Shown here: in pieces, positions 57,290-64,000 of the stretch
Numbering within the stretch: the first letter of the stretch is position 1
Layout of the letters: every line of letters begins with the position of its first letter
DNA from: Rhodosorus marinus CCMP1338
Taxonomy: Eukaryota > Plantae > Rhodophyta
DNA: 64,000 nt
Assembly: GCA_029953675.1 (NCBI GenBank)
Contig: JAMWBK010000004.1
Span: 1,116,001-1,180,000 of the forward strand
Direction of reading: 5' to 3'
Notes under the pieces: model-generated
Databases searched by the model: none
What the model saw: the letters and a program-made list of their open reading frames with translations, nothing else
Told to the model about the DNA's origin: nothing
Translations under genes and position numbers: made by a program

Positions 57290-57560
57290 AGAAGTTAAAT
57301 ACGCGCTGGCTTTGCCTTCCCCTGGAATTCGAGCTTCGGCTTTTGCTCATCGTCTAGTACCCTTGGTAGTTGGGTGTCCCCGATTGCTTCGCGGGGGACT
57401 GTTCCGCGAGCGCCGCGACCGGCTTTCCACGTTGTTAACCCGTTTGAATTTTCTGTTGTGGCGTATGAGCGCTGCCTTGGTGTTCGAGGCGCGTGATCTT
57501 CACCTTTCCTAGAATTGTTTTCCCCTCGACTTTTTTTTTCAGTCTCCAAATAAACAGATT
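57290..57560 (+). mobile_element. Family-A 3' fragment
   Basis: KYALALPSPGIRASAFAHRLVPLV..; tail CTCCAAATAAACAGATTCA. Confidence 0.75.
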
Positions 57561-57889
57561 CATCTCCACTGAAAGACATCAAGCCAGGGTTTTAGTCCCC
57601 CTAAGGCTCCCTTCACAAGACAAACGAAAATGCTTACTAAATTTTTTGTTAGCTTTTTACGCACTGTAGCGAAATTTTGGTGTGCATTTTTTTCTGGAAT
57701 GAATGGTTTAATGGCGCATTCGTTGAGCATCCGGTAAATTCTGGATTTAGATTGGTGAAAATATATCACAAAATGGATGTTGGGATTTGTTGGGCTTTAC
57801 TAGGATTTGTTTGCATCGATCGAAGTGAAAATGGGAGACAGAGTATATCTACCACACGCCGGCTAATCTAGTGGAAGAGCTATGTATGA

Positions 57890-58360
57890 AGGGCAAACCG
57901 GTCTTGAAGTTGAATGTGAGAAGTCCTTGCCTGTGGTGGACTAGTAGAGTGAAGGGATCCGTGTTCCCGACCTCGTTGTCACCTGTGAAGATAGCCAACG
58001 AACTACGTACGTTGACCTCGCTGTTCTCAATCCCCAGGCTATCCGTTATCTGCTGGTTGCGATGGAGCGCTGTGGATCTGCAGATGCAACTATGCGACGG
58101 CACAAGGAAGGGAAATACGCCGGGACTTTGTCTTCCCTGGAATTCGAGCTTCAGCCTTAGGTCATCGCCTGGTAATCTTGTTAGTTGAGTGTTTCGGATT
58201 TATGGACTCCGTTGGTTCCAGCTGGATTCGCGAATTGTTCCACGAGCGCCGCGACCGGCTTTCCTTGTTGTTAACCCGTTTGAGTTTCCGGGGTTGTGGC
58301 CGTATGAACGCTGCTTTAATGGTGGAGGCGCGTGATCTTCGCCTTCAGCAGTCTTTTTTT
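57890..58360 (+). mobile_element. Family-A RLE fragment showing the canonical RxPD motif
   Basis: GLEVECEK..RVPDLVVTCEDSQRTTYVDLAVLNPQ..KEGKY. Confidence 0.75.
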
Positions 58361-58630
58361 CCAGGCTCCGAATAAGCACATTGATTCAAACCACCCCCCC
58401 ACGCCTCATCTACAAACACAAACAATGCCCTCAGTGCAAACGCTTCAGGGTACCTAGCAAATCCATCGAATTCATTCAGTCTAGCGAAGTTTTGGGTGGA
58501 ACGGCGTATTGTTTGACCATCCCGCAAAATCTGGATTTAGTTCGTCGATTCAGATCTCAAAATGGATGCCGAGAGTCATTTTTCTCAGCAAGCGTTTACA
58601 ATCGAATCGATTTCAAGCCGTATAAAGGCT

Positions 58631-58646
58631 ATGCTAGTAAAGTCCA
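58631..58646 (+). mobile_element. 16-bp family-B 3'-end stub with 11-bp TSD
   Basis: GTATAAAGGCT at 58620-58630 and 58647-58657 flanks ATGCTAGTAAAGTCCA. Confidence 0.8.
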
Positions 58647-59948
58647 GTATAAAGGCTTGTTAGAGTTGCTGATGGATTTGACGTCCCTGTACATGTCCCA
58701 GAATCGTGTTGACGGGAACAATGAACGTGCAGACCCTGGATGAAAACGTGTTGAAGCGATAATTATACGCATAGACTCTGAGGTGACTGAGGAGAGCTGG
58801 AGGAAACGATGTGATACCTGCATGTAAGCCAAACTCGTTGGCGTGCTAGTGAGGGATACTCCAAGACAAGGAACAAGACAGAACAAGCAAAAGGGCAAAT
58901 ACCTGAATTTTGTTAACAGGTTATGAGCATAGCCTGCGATTAAAAACAAATTCGAAGCAAGGCACTAGGAGGGTGGACTAGGTCACATGCTTTTTGAGAT
59001 ATGCCAAACTGACGGGACCCGAGAGACGACATTTACTGCAGAGCACTACTGTTAGACTAAAGCTGACAGGCCTGCACCAGCAGTCTGTTGGGAGGACAAT
59101 AACGAAGGAAAAAGGGTTCAACCCGTGTCCCTCCTCAACCTAAACCTAGCAGCAGAAGCTATGCTAGTTACCGGACAGACTATAGATGCTAAAGACCTGA
59201 TGAACAAACTGGAAAAGAAACACGTTGCAAAAAAGATAGCAGCACAAATTGAGAGGTAAGTGAAGATGCTGACGAGAGAGCTGAAACCAGACGAGACAAC
59301 GCTCGGGCTCCTGACGTGCTTGAAGAATATTACTCCGAAATACTCAAGCTCGACACTACAGAGTATAAGCCCATGGAGAGATTGGGTCGCATATGACTGA
59401 TCCTGAAGGACGAAGGAAATTTGCCGAGATCATTGAAGGGTTGAAGAATATCTCCAAGGATCAGCTATGCCCGGAACCATCTATTTCAGCTTTCTCTTCA
59501 GTAGTTTCACTTACCTCTCGATCTGTGTGCTATCGTTTTGTAACATATTTATTTTCCAGTTTGTTCATCAGTTTTTTAGCATCTGTAGTCTGTTCAGCAA
59601 ACAGCGTAGCTTCCGCCTCTAAGATTAGTTTGATAAGCGACGCCGCTTGAACTCCTTTCTCTTCGTTCTCTTCCTTCCCAAAGCCTGCTTCGTGAAGGTC
59701 CGCCAGTTTTTGTCTTTCAGTAATGCTGGCTCTCCGGTACTTGTAGTCGTCGGGTCCCGTCAGCTTGAACCATCTCAGGAAACATGTGACCTAATCCATA
59801 CTCTTTGCTTTGTTTTCATCATCAGCAAATTCTGGATTTAGATTTTGTTTTATATCACAAAATGTATATTGGGAGTCTTTTCATACATCGACATGAAAAC
59901 AGGGTACAGAGCCTGTCTACCATATGAAGAGAATCTAGTGCAAGCGCT

Positions 59949-59989
59949 TCACGCCTTACGTAGCGCTTCAGGCTATGCTAGTAAAGTCC
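59949..59989 (+). mobile_element. 41-bp family-B 3'-end stub with 12-bp TSD
   Basis: AGTGCAAGCGCT at 59937-59948 and 59990-60001. Confidence 0.85.
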
Positions 59990-60190
59990 AGTGCAAGCGC
60001 TACGTAGGGCGTAAAAAGGAACTAGGAACTAGGGAAAAGCGTGCAACCCCGGGCGGCGCGGTGGCGCGAACTCAGTGAGTATGCTGCTAGAATATCGCCA
60101 GCGAGCGAAGCTTTAACTGCCTAGGAGTCTGAGACATTCAACAAGATGGTCAGTAAAAACGTTTCCGCACTCAGCTGGGTCAAGCACCTA
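59990..60190 (-). mobile_element. Family-B RLE and 3' fragment
   Basis: GCTAGAATATCGCCAG and AAGCGCTACGTAGGGC match the family-B C-terminus and 3' UTR. Confidence 0.65.
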
Positions 60191-60611
60191 TGACTGCTAT
60201 ATTGTGGTGCGTTCATTGAAAGAGCGAAAGAGAGAAAGAGAGAGTGGGGCTGGATAAATGCTTAGCCTCTGCATTAGCCGATCTGAAGACGTTCGAAAAT
60301 TTCGAAGGACATGTCGTCTTACGCTTGGTTTAGCCAACTGTAATGCACATAGTTTAATGCCCTGCTTCTCACCGCCTGAAAGTTGAATGCCGAAATGCTC
60401 GATGTAGAGGGCGATGCTTTCAAACAGCGGTGCTGAGCTGGCAATCAATGTTGCCCCAGCGCGGCTAGTGTACCACGTCACCCATCGCTGATTGAAATCT
60501 TGTGCTGCGGTGCTGTACATGCTCGACAGATTTCAGCAGTATGTGATATTGCGATTTGCTAAGCAAACTGTACTGTCCTCCCCTTCTATCGAACCATACT
60601 CACAACGAGCT

Positions 60612-61050
60612 GGTAGTGGTGGTGGTTTTTTACTTGCATAGAGTTCAGCGCTACGCAGGGCGTAGTTTAAACTAGGAACGAGGAACGAGGAACGAGGAAC
60701 GAAATTGTGCAAGCAAAGGCGACGGTACAGAGCCTCGGCTAACGTCTAGAATATCGCCATAGGCGACTCTGAACCGGCGATAAGGACAAAATACTGGGCG
60801 GGAAGGTCAGTGAAACATTTACGAAGCCATTCTAACCTTGGATTTTCAAGGTGACCACAGCTTTCCACGATGAAACGCTAAAACCTTTGGGCCCTGCCCT
60901 CAGGAGGAAACTGGCCATCCTTTCCCAGCGTATCGACGCTCCTTCTGTCGGCGGGGCATAGCAGCTGCTGCAACCTGGCATAGCGCAGCAGACCGGAGAT
61001 TGATATTTTGCACTGGGCAAGTGACGGCGAGGTCATCATATTCACAGTGT
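60612..61050 (-). mobile_element. Family-B 5'-truncated copy with an AGTAAAAAACCACCACC end
   Basis: Homologous to 5860-6200; includes (GGAACGA)n at 60675-60702. Confidence 0.7.
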
Positions 61051-61108
61051 GGGTCGCACTATCCAAAAATATTAGTCCAACGGATTTATTCGGAAAGTGT
61101 ACTAATAG

Positions 61109-62518
61109 CTAGTTATCTATAATCCCAACAATGTCACCATATAGTCCCAATATTAGGGCCGTCAGTCCAAACATGATTATTACCACGCTAAGTACAGTGA
61201 AAAGATGCTCCTTTCCCTTTCTCTCTCTGGCAAACGTATAAATATCAATACCCGCAGGCCAAAGCATCATGGTCTGAGAGGCAATCAGAGAAGAAATAAG
61301 AGCTAGATAGATCTGAAAAGATGGAATTACAGTATTCACAAGGGTTTCTAGTACAATCACAATGAGGGCCCATAAGAACCACCACAACAACGCCGCAGGT
61401 TTCAAACTCGTCAGTTTTGCAACTTCGTATGGACCGTTGTCTTTGCCAAAAACAATCCGTTTAACAAACGGTTCAGCAGCCCTCTGGACCCCATAGATCA
61501 GCACTTGACCCGTCACAATTACCGCAATCGCTGCGTGTATAACAACACAGACATCGGCTACGATCGCAGCTGCTCCTAGCTGAAGCGAGTTCGTGAATGG
61601 AGACACCAGCCATGTCGCATCTCCCGCAAGCCCGTACACTACAGAACCAGTAGTCGCGTAGAACAGGTATGCAAAGGTCTGAGAAAAGACCAACGAGTAT
61701 GGAAAATTCTTAACAAACTTCATCGCGCTCATAATCTCGAGGAATACGACCGCGCCGGCAAAAGCGTACAGCATATCCATTGCGGCGATTACGCAATCCG
61801 ATGTTCCGTAATACGAAAACAGTACTCGTTGCCCGACCGGATACGCCACTGGATCCTTCACCATGTTCGCAATCACGAAGAAGGAAATTACAACTGGAAC
61901 AATAATACTCACAATGGCGATGATAGAAGTGAACGCCATTGCTTTGAAGCTCCTGAGCTGCAGTACTACAAGTGAGACGAATCCAGCGATGACCATCCAC
62001 TCCGTGAGAGATACTGCGGATCCGCTGAAAAGTGCACTCCATGCTTTAGCTTGCGTGTAGCTGAACGCGGCGGAGTACAAGAATAGGAGTGGGTATGTGT
62101 TGAATCGGGCGAAAACCAACCCCTTCTTCCCAAAGGCACCGTTGAACAATTCCGGGTACGAATGCACTCCTTCGTACTTCTGGTATCGCAAGCGCCAAAG
62201 AAGGAAACCCGCACACATCGAGAGCCCCCAGCACAGCAAAAGAGTAAGATGTCCTGGTATCCATCCTAGCGTCGCGAAAGCGTTTGGAATGCTCAGCACT
62301 CCCGTACCAACCATGTCCACGATCAGCAAAAGCATTGCAAGCGCAACGCTCAGATTCTCGCAGGTGTCATCTACGGCGTCCCCACTCTCTATGTCTTTCC
62401 TGAGTTCCGCTGCTTCCTTCAAGTCATTAAGCGAGTCATCGGTGACATTGCCCACGTCCACAACAACGGCGCTCTTCAAGGTACACTCCTCACCAAGCTT
62501 TGAATCAATTGATGCCAT
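61109..62518 (-). CDS. Amino acid/auxin permease (AAAP, Aa_trans family) transporter
   Basis: 469-aa ORF with about 11 hydrophobic segments; motifs DMVGTGVLSIPNAFATLGWIPG, SYPEL and YAFAG..FLEIMSAMK..F..SL. Confidence 0.92.
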   Translation of the reverse strand: MASIDSKLGEECTLKSAVVVDVGNVTDDSLNDLKEAAELRKDIESGDAVDDTCENLSVALAMLLLIVDMVGTGVLSIPNAFATLGWIPGHLTLLLCWGLSMCAGFLLWRLRYQKYEGVHSYPELFNGAFGKKGLVFARFNTYPLLFLYSAAFSYTQAKAWSALFSGSAVSLTEWMVIAGFVSLVVLQLRSFKAMAFTSIIAIVSIIVPVVISFFVIANMVKDPVAYPVGQRVLFSYYGTSDCVIAAMDMLYAFAGAVVFLEIMSAMKFVKNFPYSLVFSQTFAYLFYATTGSVVYGLAGDATWLVSPFTNSLQLGAAAIVADVCVVIHAAIAVIVTGQVLIYGVQRAAEPFVKRIVFGKDNGPYEVAKLTSLKPAALLWWFLWALIVIVLETLVNTVIPSFQIYLALISSLIASQTMMLWPAGIDIYTFARERKGKEHLFTVLSVVIIMFGLTALILGLYGDIVGIIDN

Positions 62519-62840
62519 TTTTCTGCACTATTTTCATTCACAATATGTCTCAGCCACTGATGCCGTCCTAGACAGCAGGTCACTCTTCAACGCTGATGAA
62601 GAGTGACTATAAATCCTCTTCGTGAGAAGTTCGCATAGCGTGCTCGTTCCGGGGCTCGCTGTTGTGTCCGAGGGTAATAGCTGATCTAATCTACTGGAAA
62701 CCTGCAAAATCCCAAAATAGCACCCAAGTACACTCATAGCGCTCCGGGAAAGAGCCCGAAGTGATCAGCCCATTGCGTATGCTTACCGCCGTGAGCTAAG
62801 AGCATATTGGTTTAACTTGCTAGTCGCAATTGGCGGGTTC

Positions 62841-62928
62841 ACATGTTTGTCAATCGATGGAGTTTCTTGACAACATGAGTGGACACATGTTTATCAATCG
62901 ATGGAGTTTCTTGATAAGATGAGTGGAC
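62841..62928 (+). repeat. 44-bp tandem duplication upstream of the transporter
   Basis: ACATGTTT(G/A)TCAATCGATGGAGTTTCTTGA(C/T)AA(C/G)ATGAGTGGAC occurs twice. Confidence 0.9.
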
Positions 62929-63289
62929 TGCTGACTATCTCAGCTGACAGCAGTCCGTTTCTAACTATCCCGTTTTCCTAGCGCTATATGGGTTGAACTT
63001 CAAAACTCGAGAAAGTCTTCCAAACACGCACAAGTCTCATCTTGTGCTGACTTGTTTCTACGAATATTCCGCAGATCATGTGGTCCGAAATACAACTTGT
63101 TACTCCTAAATTCCATCTGATTGTCACGTAATAATGCTATTCTGGACTGTACACAAATAATATTTCTTAAATAATTAACAGATATCAATATCAGAATACT
63201 CAAAATAAAGTGGCGACACTTAAAAAATTGAAAGCATCCTCACCCCAAGAAAGGAATTACACCTTTCTGTCCCTAATCAGTCTGTCAGC

Positions 63290-64000
63290 AAAGAAGCAGT
63301 TTTTGGTTTCGTGAGGGTGTATGGTGCTGGCTTTTGGTGGTTTTGAGTCGCAATTGTGTTCTTCGGTGGGAGGCGCTTCTTTCTGCAGCCTTTCCCCCGC
63401 ATCTTCTAGTGGTGTGGTGCGTGCTGGGGGTTGCTAGCGCCCCTTGGAGGTCGTGGTGGTTTTTCTTTGGTTGCAAACGTTGGGAACAAGTTCTCTTTTT
63501 GGGGGTTTCGTGGGGGAATCGGTTTTTCACACCTTCCAATCGTTATGGTTGGGGTTTCCCCACCCATTCCGGCGGACGGAGCCGTTCTCTCAGCGCGCGT
63601 GGAGCTCAGCGTGGGCGGGTTTAGTACCGCGGGCACCCTCACGGACTGCGCTGACGAGTTAGCCCATGGGATCTGCTCGAAACTGACGAGTCTTCTTGTG
63701 ACTGCTTCCCAGGAACACCGCCTGCCCCTGCTGATCGCCTATTTGGAGCGCTTCTCCGCCTCCGCGCCTGCCCCATACCCCCCGGTGCCCGTCCCCGCGG
63801 ATCCGCACGGTACAGCGGGGCCTGCCTCCACCCGACCCGAGCGCTCCGCTCCGGTCATTCCTGATTCCGACTGGCCTACCCCTATTCAAGGACAGACGCC
63901 TCCTGGGCCCGCGTCGGGCCCGAATCCTGCTCCCTCCAGTGCCCCACGTGCGACCTATTCGCAGGTCCTACGCAGGGGCTCTTCTGAACAACGCACGACG
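63290..64000 (+). mobile_element. 5' part of a second long family-A-related element, cut by the window end
   Basis: Similar to 36150-37170 (GTGGGAGGCGC, AAACTGAC.AGTCTTCTT, ..CTC.GAAGAACGCACGACG). Confidence 0.7.

Noticed and set aside
58750-59460. Possible gag zinc knuckle or copia relic
   Set aside because: Only GH..C-like remnants with many stops; cannot be supported.
1-64000. Prokaryotic origin of the window, suggested by bacterial-like genes
   Set aside because: Low gene density, no operons or ribosome-binding sites, non-LTR retrotransposons with TSDs, a U2-like RNA, C2H2 and AAAP genes and TATA boxes all indicate a eukaryote.

Overview
Eukaryotic nuclear DNA with intron-poor genes, most likely a red alga. 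That inference rests on a plastid-transit-like protein, two porphyranase-like glycosidases and the compact gene structure; the taxon cannot be proven from sequence alone. About nine intact or near-intact genes are present, most with N-terminal signal peptides and bacterial-type extracellular domains: a GSDH propeller/Big_5/NPCBM protein, an RTX-repeat protein, a Cys-rich secreted protein, two GH86 beta-porphyranase-A-like paralogues, a Tyr/Lys/His-rich secreted protein, a propeller/fascin-like gene with a frameshift, a probable plastid protein and an amino-acid transporter. The intergenic DNA is crowded with two families (A and B) of CRE-clade, RLE-endonuclease non-LTR retrotransposons. The most unusual signals are: (1) ultra-short 13-41 bp insertions of the family-B 3' end, each flanked by an 8-13 bp target-site duplication (TSD); (2) a U2 snRNA-like sequence carrying such a stub and fused to a family-A 3' end; (3) TSD-supported twin-priming-type inversion; (4) an 8-cysteine domain shared by the RTX protein (twice) and the Tyr-rich protein; (5) a gene-conversion tract over the catalytic core of the GH86 pair. 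No CRISPR array, tRNA or rRNA could be supported.
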